A DNA stretch of 64,000 bases. Origin: Ptychomitrium polyphyllum (lineage: Eukaryota). This document shows, in pieces, positions 1-12,807 of the stretch. The stretch spans positions 186,001-250,000 of the forward strand of contig OZ316776.1 in NCBI GenBank assembly GCA_973851085.1. Reading direction: 5' to 3'. The first letter of the stretch is position 1; each line of letters starts with the position of its first letter. The notes under the pieces were generated by a model. The model worked only from the letters and a program-made list of their open reading frames with translations. It did not search any database and was not told where the DNA came from. Both the position numbers and the translations under genes were made by a program.

Positions 1-354
1 CTAGGTAACTTTTGTAAATCGGCTCCACCTCAAAGACAATCACCAACGATCTATTGTTGGATATCCTCCAACGTCTTCTTGGTCTAATTTGTTCTTCATC
101 ACAAGGTTATTGACAAGAGTCACTTGGTTGGATTGCACCACTGGCATGGTATCTGCATCTTGACTATCCATATCTAATATGTTGAGCTAATCTCAAAAAA
201 TTATAACAAACTTCAAAGTACAAACAACTAATTTTTAAATTATGTCTGTAGCTTTAGACACTTATGATCTAGAAATTTCTTTTTCTCCTATTTAAAAGCC
301 CAAGCATTAAGAGCCTTCAAGGTTACGCAACCTTACCAAGCCACTATTCCATCT

Positions 355-3300
355 ATTGCTACTTGTGGTTTGGATGGATGTTGTCGATGGAACTCACAAA
401 CTTTTATTAGTGAATTGGCAAGGTTGTTAGCTTGCTTCCATGTAAGTTCACTGATATCATATCCGTGCTAATGTACCAAGTATTCTAATTTTCCACATCT
501 TATCCGTGAGTCAAGCATTTCTTCCATTTCAAATTCATAATGATCGTCAATTTTGACTACAGGTGGTGGCAGTTGCCTTTGTCTAGGGATACTTGATTCC
601 TTATAAGTCTCCAAAAGTGAAACGTGGAAGACGGAATGTACCATCATTGATGTTGGTAGTTCCAAAGAATATGCCATGTGGTTGACTTGTTTTTTGATCG
701 CAAATGGTCCCAATTTGCAATAGTCCAACTCGTCACATAGCCTATAGGTCCTTATATTGCATCAAAGGAGCTACACCTTTTCCTCAACTTAGATTGGAGG
801 TTTTTCCTTCTTTGTTGCATTTGCTGCCCTTTTGTATCGTTCCCAAACTTCTTTTAATTGAATCTTTGTGGTTGTTTGAAGCCTTGCCATCTTTTGGCAA
901 ATTCCTATACTGCTGAATTTTTTGATTGTGGAAGCTTTAACATGACAATTTTTGGATGATGTTCATTATTGGAGTAGAATGTTGTTTGTTAGGTGGAAGC
1001 ATAAGAAGTGTTGTTGTAGGCAAACTCAGCTAATGTCAAGTAGAAAGTCCAATCATCTTGTTGGTAGTTGATGGTACACCTCAAATATTGCTCCAAGATC
1101 TGGTTGACTTGTTCTATTTGGATATCGATTTGAGGATAGAAGGCATAAGAAAGTTTTATGTCCACCTTAAGGATTTCAAAGAGCAACTTCCAAAATCGTG
1201 ATATAAACTGTGGTCCACAATCCAATATAATATTGTTGAATAATCCATGGTAGTGGTAGACATAATTCATGAAAACTGTGGCGGTCTTTTCACCCGTAAT
1301 TGCCTTTTTGCAAAGCACAAAATGTGCCATTTTGGTCAATTGGTCTACCACAACAAAGATGGTATAAAAAGAATTTGACGATGGAAGATCTGTAATGAAA
1401 TCCATTGAAACAGACGACCACAATTGTTTTAGAATAGGCAGTGGTTGGAAAAGTCCATATGAATGGTGTCAAGGGTTCTTCAACCTAGAACAAATATCAT
1501 ACAAGAGTACAAATTCCTTAACGGCCTTCCACATTTGAGGCCACCAAAAGCCTCTCAAAAAGAACTCCAAAGTTTGGTTGAATCCAAATTGTCCAGCCAT
1601 AGGAAAATCATGACGTGTTTGAAATACACGAAGGCAAACTGGTCCTTTAAGAATATATAAACGTTCTTCAAAGTAGAAAAGGTTGTCTTTTAATTTGAAC
1701 TTAGGCACGTCTTTAGGGAGGTTGTTGGAACAACGCTTGATATCAAGAATAAGAGGGTCCTTGGTAGATGCCACACACACCTGGTTAAGGAACAATGAAT
1801 CCATTAGAGTTGAAATGGTAGTTGTGCATATACAAAACCATTCGGGTTTCAATAAAGTTGCTCATTGTTGATTGTGTGCTACCTCTCCCTCCTTTGGAGC
1901 AAAGTATGATTGCCTTGACTATGCATTTGATAACCCTTGCTATTTTTTGGGTCGACATGTGATGCAAAAATCAAATCAAGATAGAAACATACTCTAACAA
2001 GCTTGGCGGCGATTCAAAACATGGGCTAATATGAAATATTCCAAGTTCTTGTGATTTATATATACAATTAGTGGATGTACGGCATCCTTGAGCAAGTGAC
2101 GCCATTTTTGGAAGGAATCCACAATTGGAAGGAATTGCTTATTGTGGATTTTGTAGTTGATTTCTGCAGTTGAAATTTTTCTGGAATGGAATGCAATTGG
2201 ATGGAGTCTCCTTTCTTCCTCCGTTTGTGACAAAATTCCTCCGTTTGTGACAAAATGCAAAGTCAAAAGCATATTTCTCAAGATAAAATTGCTTTAAAAA
2301 ATCCGACTAGACCAGAATAGGAGGTGTGGTAAAAGCTTGCTTCAAACTTTCGAATGCATCCTCACCATCGGATCTCCAGTCAAGTTTTTTTTCTTGCATG
2401 TTAATTGTGTAATTGATGTAGTTATTCAAGAATAGTCCTTAATGAAGATCCTATAGAAGTTTGCAAATACAAGAAAACATTGGACATCACGTATTAATTT
2501 TGGCCTCGTCCAATTACTAATTGCTTTAACCTCCTTTGGATCCATCAATAGTCTTTCATTGGAGATGATTGAATCAAGGAATTCTACCTGAGGTTTGTAG
2601 AATACACATTTCTCCACCTTTGCATATAAACCGGCATCTCATAGCTTTTGTAGGACTATGTGGGCATATCGTCCATGTTCCTTTAGATTCTTTGAATACA
2701 TTAAGATATCATCTAGATAGCATACAACGAAGCACTCCCAAAACATATCATTCATCAAGTGTTGAAAAATGGCAGGTGCGTTGATAAGTTCAAAAGGCAT
2801 GACATTGTATTCAAAATGTCCATACCTTATTCAAAAAGCCGTCTTTCATTTGTCTCTTTTTTTAATGCGCACTAAATTGTAGGCTCCTCACAGGTATATT
2901 TTGGTATAGATCTTTGCTTGGCCGAGTTGATTAAGAAGCCTAGATAAAAGCGGCAATGAATATCAGTTCTTCACTGTCATTTTGTTGAGGCCGCAGTAAT
3001 CAATACACATTCATAAGGATCCATCTTTCTTCTTTACAAAAAGTATCAAAACACCAGCAGGAGACTTTGAATGTTGTATGAAGTTTTTGGCTGGCTTTTC
3101 ATCAATATACTCCCTCAACAATGAAAGTTCATTTTGGGATATATTATAGATAGGTCCAAATGATGGCCAGGAACCATCTTGGAGGTCTATGGTACAATTG
3201 TAAGAACAATATTCTGGTAGAGTATTTGTATTTTTTTTTTCAATTACATCGTTGAACTCCTTATACTTTTTTAAAATGATTGAGGATGAAGCCACAACTT

Positions 3301-3895
3301 TGGACGTTGGAATCGCATACACAGCAAAAGAAGCACCAGTCTTTGTTGCTCTTATAAAAACTCTAGATTCAATGAAGGGATGCTTTTTGGATCTATAAGA
3401 TGCTTCAACTTCTTCCGTAGACTTAGTAGATACAGGCTCTAATGATAGAAGTTCTACTTTGAAAGATGCCCAATCTATCTGCGGGTCTTATTTTTCAAGC
3501 CAAAAAAGCCCTAGAATGATGGGACTTAACAGAAACCTAATGACATTAAATATCACTTAACTACTATGGTTGTTCAACGTTACTGTTAATGGATTGGTCT
3601 CATGAATAACATCTCCAAAAGTTAACGGTTGACCATTCATGACTTCTACATGAACAAGTTTGGATTCTCTATTAAAAGCAAACTTATGGATTTTTATAAA
3701 TTCTTTGTCAATAAAGCAAGTAGAGGCTCTTAAATCTATAAAACAAGATTTTAGAGCTTCTGAAAACCTAAACAAACAAGTATAGTAAAACAAGAGGAAG
3801 GATGGGCTGATAATACAGGACCTTTGTTTTCTTGCGAAAGAAGCGGATCTAGCCGTACGGTCCCTACTCTAGCTGGATGTCTTTGTTTTCCTGCA
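355..3895 (-). mobile_element. Degenerate Ty3/gypsy chromovirus LTR retrotransposon pol (protease-RT-RNase H-integrase-chromodomain), Tcn1-like; LTRs and most of gag not seen
   Basis: Fragmented minus-strand frames in gypsy order: protease FIDLRASTCFID (~3700-3740), RT with VCYLDDIL (~2700-2725) and LFVKKKDGSL, RNase H LHPIAFHSRK..EINY, integrase WSSVSMDFITDLP / QILEQYLR, GPF motif (KLGPF), chromodomain FEMEEMLDSRIRCGKLEYLVH*HGYDISELTW. Many stops and frameshifts. Clade assignment is from motif recall. Confidence 0.92.
3817..3891 (-). promoter_or_regulatory. Putative -1 programmed ribosomal frameshift signal (slippery heptamer + pseudoknot) at gag-pol junction
   Basis: Minus strand G GAA AAC (3891-3885), 6-nt spacer, stem ATCCAGCT/GGCTAGAT, loop GGGACC pairing with downstream GGTCCT. 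The 0-frame ends in TAG at 3866-3864, and the -1 frame (GKQRHP...) runs toward the protease. Confidence 0.6.
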
Positions 3896-3959
3896 AAGCT
3901 TTTGGCATGGTGCTTAAATCTCTCATCCAATATGTACATGGAGCCTTGTAGTTAAACTC

Positions 3960-6900
3960 AATGTGTTAAGAAGGGTGAGCCTTGATGTAATTGATTTACA
4001 TGCCTTAATATCTTTAGTAGAGACTAAGGATTCTTCCTTGAAGTGCCTAGGACTTGGCTTGTATGATTGGCAAGATGATGGCCACTTTGCTAAGTGGTTA
4101 GCTGAACATCCCACTTTAGAATACATAATAGTCATCCTGCTTTGTACAAGCAGAATGGTCAATTGATGAAGGAATTGGATATCTAGACCTAGCCACTTCA
4201 ATAGATGATATTACCATGGAAGATGTGTATTACATCTATATAGATGGCACTCAAGTTTATGAGTTTAAAGTGCTAGTAGAAGAAGAAGTTTTTTTCCGGC
4301 CTTGTAAGGTCCAAAAGACATCAATGAGTCTTCAAGTAGGTACCAACATAGCTACTTATCTTTTAATACCAACAGATTGGTATTGCGGACCAACGCAACC
4401 AAGCTACATTAAGACATAAGATTGGAAATTGATAAATGTAGCATTTGAAGGGGAACCACTATGCACTATCAAAATAGGGATATAACTTATAACTGTACAA
4501 GCAGAGGATTATAAGACCCTTATGAAGGAATTTTGTAACTTCATTTCTTAATCATATAAGAACTTGTGGAGAATTCTTCCTAAGGTGATTCAGCATATTA
4601 TTTCCCTAATACCAAGTTCCAAACCAATTAGGCAAAGAGAGGAGAATGAATCCAAACGTGCAACTAATAGTTAAAGTACAAATGGAAAAATTGTTAGAAG
4701 TTGGTTTCATCAAGCCAGTGGAGATTTTGGACTAAGCATCTCCAATACTACTAGTGAAGAAGAAAAATGGCAAATTAAGGGTCTGCATAGACTATAGGAC
4801 CTTGAGCAAATGTATCCAAAAAAACCATTTTCCCTTATATTTTATCAACACCATTTTAGATGAAGTGGAAGGCCATGAAGTATATATCTTCATGGACGGT
4901 TATTCTTAATACAACTAAATATCTATAGCCCCTGAGGATTATCACAAGACCGCATTTACAATTCCTTGAAGAACCTTCATCTATGTAGTGATGCCTTTTG
5001 GGCTCTATACTACTCCAGCTACTTTTTAGAGAGCCATAACTCATGTTTTTTTAAACTAATTATTTAAAATCATGGCAATATTTATTAACAACTTTAGCAC
5101 CCAGACATTTATAAGTGAGCACTGGAGCACAGTCAGAGACAATTTTATGTGCTGCAGACAGGTAAGAATTGCCCTTAATCTTGAGAAATTATACCTAGCA
5201 GTAAATCAAGGTGTTCTATTGGGATATGCAGTGTCAGCAGAGGGCAAAGAACTAGACCATGAAAAGGTAGAAAAGATCACCAAATTGACTCCACCAATCG
5301 ATGCTAAAGGCATGGAGAGAGCCCTAGGCCATATGGACTAGTATAGAGACATTTAGTAGACTATGCTACCACTTCCATCCCTCTTATCAATCTTACCAGG
5401 AAGGCTGTCAAGTTTGAGTGGATTCCTGAATGCCAAATAGCTTTTGACACCCTTATGAAGCAATTAGCAACTTACCTTGTAATGAGACCTTTTAATTGGG
5501 ACCTACCATTCCATGTCTATTATGATGCATCAGCTGTAGCAGTTGGTAGTACCTTATATCAGTCCACAAGTTCAGATGGAAAAGACATACCTCTTGCATT
5601 TGCTAGTAAGCAATTGAGTGTAGCGGAGAGGAATTACACTACTATGGAGCGAGAATGTCTAGCTATGGTCTTCTCTGTTAAGAAGTATTGCCATTATCTC
5701 TTCATGAACCAAGTAGTATTTTTTGTAGATTATATGGCTATTAAGTACTTGGTCAATAAGCCAAAGTTCAGTGGCTGGCTTGCTCGGTGGATCTTTTTAT
5801 TTGATGAATTAGATTATATTATAGACTACAAGCCTAGCAAGATGTACAAGCAGGCAGACCATTTATTTAGATTTTCTATAGAATTAACCTCACATCCCAT
5901 CAATGATGAAATTATAGCGGAGAGTTTTTTTTTGTTTCTACAAGTCTTCTTTGGTATATTCATATTGCAAACTTCTTAACTACGTAGTAGATACCTTTAG
6001 GCTTGTCTAAAAACAAGAGGAAGAAAGTTAGTATTAATAGCAAGAATTTTATATTGGTAGATGATAAACTCTATCATAGGGGAATAAATGGTGTTTTACA
6101 AAGGTGTGTAAACGCACTTAAGATTTGAGATTTCTTAGCGGCTTGTTACAATAGTATTTGTAGTGGCTACTTTTTTTATCAGTTTATTGGCCAAAAAATC
6201 CTAAGGGCGGGCTATTACTTGCCCACATTATTTTAAGATGCACATGCTTATGCAAAATGGTGCAATGCTTGCCAACACTGTGCAAGGAACAATCTTAGAA
6301 TGAACCTACCTCTTCACGTCTTGTTATTTCTAATTCTTTTTGAGAAATGGAGAAATTGACTATATAGGGGAGATCCATCCTAGTTCTTTTAGCAGTATAA
6401 AACACATCATTGTAGCTACAGAGTATCTTACTAAGTGGGCAAAAGCCAAGGCGGTCAAAACCAATGACGCCAAGAGTATGGCCAATTTCTTCGTTGAACA
6501 AGTCATTATTAAATTTGGTTGTCCGTACATCTTGATTAGTGATAGAGGTAGACACTTTTGAATGAAGTAATCAAGGAAATGACCTCCAAATTTATAATGA
6601 ATCCTAGAAAAACTATTCTTTACCACCTCCAAACCAACGGCCATATAGAAAGAATTAATCAGACATTAGTAAATCTTTTGAGGAAGACAATGGTAGATTC
6701 CAAAAGGGTTGGAATGTGAAGCTTCCAATCGCATTATGGGCCTATAGAACCACATTCAAAGTCACTACTCAAGCTACTCCTATTTCTCTGGTTTATGGCA
6801 TTGAAGCCATTCCACCTATAGAATTTGAAGTCCCTCCTCTTTGCATTGCAGTCGCAGAACACTTATCAGCTAGTTAATCTTTGGTGGACCTTTTAGAGCA

Positions 6901-7198
6901 ATTAAAAGGATTAAATGAGGCCAAATGGCAAAGCGCTCAATATATGGAAGCAATTCAATGGCGTAGGAAGGTGGCATTTGATAGGAAGAACAAAATTCAA
7001 AGGCTCCACCCTAAAATGCTAGTTTTGCTACAAGACGCTAGACAGTTAGAATTCTCAAGGAAATTTGACATTCTATGGATAGGTCCATATGTAGTGAAGA
7101 AAGTATTTTTGAACAATTCCGTGCACTTAGAGACTCTCAACAAAGATGTCTTTCCAACATGCACAGTTGAAAGCAGATGCAAGGGGTACCACACTTAA
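3960..7198 (+). mobile_element. Degenerate non-chromovirus Ty3/gypsy retrotransposon pol (RT-RNase H-integrase; Athila/Tat/Phygy-like)
   Basis: Plus-strand fragments: RRMNP..KLLEVGFIKP, SPILLVKKKNGKLRVCIDYR, VMPFGL, decayed catalytic motif FINNF (~5081-5095), RNase H VYYDASAVAVG..ERNYTTMERECLA, integrase LRAGYY..C..CQ, IIVATEYLTKW, ISDRGRHF, WIGPY. Stops and frameshifts throughout. No chromodomain after the integrase. Confidence 0.9.
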
Positions 7199-8359
7199 TG
7201 GGCCATTTCTGCCATGGTCTATGTATAAACAGTCATACTAAATAGTGCATAATGTCTACTAATTCAATATACTCTCTTTTATCTAGATCTAACATTTTGA
7301 AACTTAGTGATAGATTTTAATTCATTCTCCTATTAACATCTATTCTTACTTTAAAATTAATCATTTCATTTATGCTAATTTCTTATCTAATCTTCTCCAC
7401 TAATAGTCCATCATTTCTTCTTATTCTCTACCATAGAAAGTCAATGTTCTAATTTTGACCATGTAGTCTATATTTTTCTTAACTTTACCTTTTCTACTTT
7501 GGATTCTCTTTTTTTGCAAGTTATTCCAGATGGTCACCATATGTGAGCTATAGACTAAATTTATTTGGTTGTTTTCTCCCTAAATGGATTAAAAATTGAT
7601 GTCATTAGTTGAAATTAGGCCTAAACAAGGCCAAGGTGCCTCATTTACAAAGTAATTAATTCTTAAGGAATTTAGTATGCAAATTAGATAGTTATTAGAA
7701 GTTCATATCTATTAGGAATAAAGAAATGGATGAATTAGGAAAAGCGGGATAAATTTGCCAACTTAGATTGATTAATATTTTTAATTGGATTGGAATTTAA
7801 ATTAGATGTAGGTAGAGAATTTTTCCACTAGTGAAAGAAGGATATGGCTTGATATAGAAAAAATAAAAAGTAAGCTCCAATAAGTATTGAATTAGGAGCC
7901 TAAAGTTAATTAGGTGATAGTCAAGTGTTAGTTAATTAAGGCTAAAAGGCCTTGAAATTGTAGCTAAGGTTGATGGAGCAAGTTGGCACATGGTATGGCA
8001 ATGCCAAACAAAAAGTTCCATAACAATTGGCACATGTTGAAAGGAGGAGACAAGATAAAAAGAACCTTCTCTCATTTTCTTTGAGAGGATATTTTCATTC
8101 CTCTCTCAATTGCCTAGGTTCCTTAATTTCTCTTCTCTTCCTCTTTTTTCCAATTTTCTTATAGAAAGAAGTACAATTTGCTTATAAGAAGATTTTAGAT
8201 GATTTTAAAGTTTAAGTTGCTGATTTAGAATTTGGAGGCGTGTATCTAGGATTTAAGTAGCAAAAATCATTAATCCAGTAAGCCACAATCATACCCTGAT
8301 AAGTCCTTGAATTTGGATCCAATCATTCATTTCATGTCATATTATGGTAGATATTATTA

Positions 8360-8620
8360 TTATTAGCTTTCCAATGCCATTTAGAACACTCAACTTGGAA
8401 TTGTAGTAGATTAGTTATGGAATTTAGAGAGTTAGCCTCATTACAAGAAGTTGAAATCAGAAAATCTAATTAATCACAGCTGAATGTTGATCAGTAGCTT
8501 AGGTTTTTGTCAATTTTTATTATAATATTTTAATCTTATTTGTTATTAGATTTCCAATGCCATTTAAATCATGGCATTTGGATCTATGATGAATTAGATA
8601 TGAATTTTGAAAGTTTGACT
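8360..8620. repeat. Degenerate ~183-bp-spaced direct duplication in the non-coding region 3' of the gypsy integrase
   Basis: TTATTAG(C/A)TTTCCAATGCCATTTA at 8360 and 8543, with weaker similarity continuing ~50 bp further. Confidence 0.55.
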
Positions 8621-10195
8621 ACACTATGGAAACTTAGTATGGAATAGTTTTTATATAAATGATGGAATTCACCTACTAAAGGATTAGGGTAAAAAATTAT
8701 ATTGGACTACAAAACACAAACTTGAATGATTGACATATTAAAAGTAGGATTGTATGAACTAATATATCCTCCAATTAGTGAAAGATTTTATTAGGCTCAT
8801 ATGCTCCACAACCTTTGCTAAGGCATTTTAGACTTTTATTTACTCAATCCCAATAAGCCACTGTGTTTTTTCTTGCCCTCCTTGCATACCATGGGCTTCT
8901 TTGCATGGATGCCTTCACGCATGCCTTTCTTCTTTTATATGCCTTCTAAGTGTATACAATTCTTTCTAACTTACACGCACACTCCTTTCTCCTCAACTTG
9001 TATGTCATAGTTTTTCCAATGTGGTAGGAAAATTTGGTAATTAAAGGTGAATTGTTAATTAAAAAATTTAATTAAATTTGTTGGTTTACATGTATTATTC
9101 TACTCCATTTACTCCATTTATGAGGGCAAACTCGTCCATCTGTTAGACAAGCCTTGTTTGTAAAGGACCACTACCGAGCCATGTCCATCTAATAAGACAA
9201 CTATATTCCCATGGCCAAAAATAACAGCTTTGTATATGCGTCTAACTATTGCATGATATAATACTGATTTTCTTCTTTGAATGCAATAAACCTGCTTCCA
9301 AGAAGTTTGTGTTTATTTCATTTGAAGTTCATTTGACAATGAGAAATGAAAATGGATACTTTGATCCTTATGGTAGGCATTCAGGGGTTGAAATACTTTT
9401 GTATGATCATGGCTTAGGACTGAATGTTGGTCAATGATATTTCATGGGTTTTTGTGCTTTTCGTGTCTCTTTGTTACCATTATAAATTAATATATTAATC
9501 ATGAATTTCATGGTTGTGTTTTGTTGTTTTCTGCACAAAAAAATTACCATTTTTCAGTCATTATCAATTGGTATGATCATGCTGCTAGTTTAATTTTCGT
9601 GGTATAATTTCTGAACCTGCAAGTTTTCCTTCTCAGAAACAAATTTACAAGAACAATGACAATTCTCAATCTGTTACTCAAAATAAGTTCCAATAGTCAA
9701 GTTACTGCATTAAAACTACTGCTACTTCTTATTGTAACACTGCCACTAAATGGGCTCCTGTTTCATATTGAAAAACAAGGACAGCAACATAGGTAAAAAC
9801 CTAACCGGAGCTGGAATACTTATACAGCTTCTGAGCTGCAAAAGAGCATATACCAGCATAAAATAGAGGAATCATTCCTGCTGAGTAGCAATTATTTGAA
9901 TTTGAATTTTCCTGCCTACCCCCTGCAGGTAGAACAGGTAAATAGCTTGAACAATACGAGGGCAACACATCACTGGAAAATATTGGCTGCCTTCGCAACC
10001 AAATAACCTAGAATCAGCCGCGTGCCATTATTCAGCCTTCGCTACTGCTACATTTCTAAAGACATGATAACATTTGAGATAATTGTCTGTTCAAGTGCAT
10101 GACAATATTAATACAGTAGTAACTTTGCAGGTCAAGGTGAGGCTGAAGATGTGGTGTTGCGAGCTGGGTCAGAACCCATTTATTGTTGCAGGAAA

Positions 10196-12807
10196 TTAGC
10201 TGCGTCGTCTGCTCACATATACTTTCACTCCATGCTCCATCCCCAGGGTGGCCATCGTGCGATACCTTACTGGGTGCTCGGGCACCAACTCAAACTGGAA
10301 GAATCGGCAGAGAATTGCAGTCGTCATTTTCATTTGCAAGTATGCCGAGTCTTTGCCCAGGCAGATCCGGGGGCCAGCCTGCACAATAGTGTCATGTTAA
10401 TTCAGACAGCTTGCTGGTTAATTCATTTTGCAGAATGTTATCGCTGATGATAACCAGCTAGACACGATGCGCGTATTGCACGAGTTGTACTACATCATAT
10501 CAACTTTGGTGAACTTTACAACAAGAGGGTAGGTGGATTTTTACAGTACCACCAGGGACATGAATCGCAGTTTACCTGGAATGCGTTGAATTTGAACGGA
10601 GAGACGGGGATAAAGACACCGTCCTTGAGCCAGCGCTCTGGTCGAAACTCGCCAGCATCCTCACCCCATAGATCTGTCATGCGCCCCGCCGAATAAGGCA
10701 CGTATGTCACCAGTCCTCCTTTCTTTAACACTGTCCCGTCCGGCAGCACATCATCAGCCAATATCCCTTTCGGATCCTGCATTGCACAAAATCCAGTTTA
10801 ATCCAATCAGCAAGTGACAAGGCGGAATAATTTAGGAAGAGAATTGTAAAATCATCATGTTCTACACGAACGGCATTTCTGGGCACTGTCGAAATTACTG
10901 GTAGATGTCACGCCTCTTCGCTCCTTTGAGGTGATGAATTCAAGAAGAGTGTCGTCTGAATACCTGAGGCACAGCAGGGTAGAGGCGGATGGTCTCTGTG
11001 ATGGCTGCATGGAGATATTGCAGCTTCAACAGAACATCGTAGGAGAGAAGTGACGCATATTGTAAAATCTTCTCGCTAAGAGTCAGGTTCTCATTGATAT
11101 TCGCATCTTGCTCAAGGTAATAGAGTTCTTCGTAAACCTTGTCAGCAACGCCTGGATTGTTGCCCAAGAGGTAGACGAACCATGACAAAGTTGCCGCCGT
11201 TGTGTCCCTCCCTTCGTTATTACGGTTATTCGCACAAGTTAGTCAACTACGGACTTTCATGTTAGCAACTCGGATCGTATAGTAGCGCGCAAAATACAAA
11301 TGTAAGCATCATCGTTTGAAAATATAGCTGAAGGCCTATTCGTAAATATCTCAAAAATATGAGGAGATAATTCTAGTTGCAAGATTACATAATACTGCTC
11401 AACAAGCAATCAGAAGGCATACCGCTCACCAGCTATGATGAAGTTGAGGATGATGTCTCGCAGAGTCTTATCTGTGAAATTCTGCTCAGGGTGCTCGCCC
11501 AACAAAATGAAGCGGGACAAGAGATCAGCCTTCTGCAGAGCCCAACATAAGAATGTTATGAATATTCACATGAGCTTCAGGCTTCAGCAGGCTCATGGAT
11601 TGTTTTCTACATCCACAAAGTGGAAAAGAAAGCAAAACACTTTAAAGGTAGGATAAAATCCGGTAGTGTAGGCTCACCTGTTGTTTGCCTTGGGAGGTAG
11701 AAACCTTCAATTCAGCACGCCGAGTTCGAATGACTTTATACGTGAACTCGTCCACCACCTTCACACTGCGTGCCAACACTGCTTCGCTTCCGAGGTTCAG
11801 CAGTCTTTTGAGTTGCCAAAGAGGATCGAAGAACCGATACGTTACTGCTTCATTCGCATTGTCGAAATTTATTGCAAATGGTACAGCTGGTAACGATGGA
11901 TGTAGTGTGTCGAGCTCAACACCGAAACCGACTTTGCAGATGCCATCGAGTGTCAACCGCATGAATAAGTCCTGCACAGGCAATGACGGTTCAGCATCAA
12001 TTTTGATAAAGCAAGAGTCATGTACATGGACATGCCCTCTATGGTCTTCATAGCCCGACCACAGTCCACAGGAATGCCACGACTCGAACACACTTCGCTC
12101 GCATCCTGATGTGGCAAGGCGCATACCTGCATGTCGATGGGTTGATTGGTCTGAGAAACTTTTGCGAGGATCTCCGCAACCTTGAGGGCATTTTCGCGGA
12201 AAATCACAGTGCTGTAGTCACGGAGGATGCGAGAAGCGAACTCAAAGCTCGCAGTCTTCCTCTGATGGCGCCAATCATCCCCATCGGCGTTAAAAATTCC
12301 GTTGCCCAGCAGAGTCTCCATGCAATGGTGGTAGGTCTCTCCCTGCACATGAGAATTTGAGTTAATTTTCTGCTAAACAAATGCACTGCATTGTCGGTTA
12401 CTTCTTGGCCAATTCTGTCCCTTTCCTTAGTAATCCTGTCATGGGATTCTATCCTAGAAACCAAGCACGCAAAAAGAGAGAACGATTGGTCGTACCTTCG
12501 GGAAATTTGAGAAGTTGGTTTTGAGGATATACGCCACGTTTGCTGGGTCGATTGTGTAAGTCCTGATGCTTCCCGGGAGCGTCAAACGAAATGTCTTCAG
12601 CCCTTTCTGAAAATAAGAGAGGATCCAATCGTGCATTGTGTCAAAGTGGAGAAGTGTCTCGATTGTAGCTCCAATGACGGGCCAGTCTTTTGGAGCTACC
12701 CGATGCCGTTGCTGCCACCGGAAAAACCACAGCCATAACAACACCGTGGTCCCAATCACTAGCGCCACAGTTGAACCGCTGAAGGGCGACACGCTGAGTC
12801 CCTCCAT
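10196..12807 (-). CDS. CYP704B: Cytochrome P450 CYP704B-like fatty acid omega-hydroxylase, 7 exons: 12807-12496, 12342-12127, 11971-11678, 11532-11430, 11211-10964, 10776-10576, 10378-10196 (~518 aa)
   Basis: N-terminal membrane anchor, I-helix NFIIAGRDTT, K-helix ETIRLYP, PERW, heme motif FQAGPRICLGKDSAYLQMKM matching the CYP704B pattern. GT-AG joins keep frame. Confidence 0.92.

Noticed and set aside
7200..9250. LTR of the plus-strand gypsy element
   Set aside because: Plausible position, but no second copy, clear polypurine tract or TG...CA boundary can be fixed within the window.
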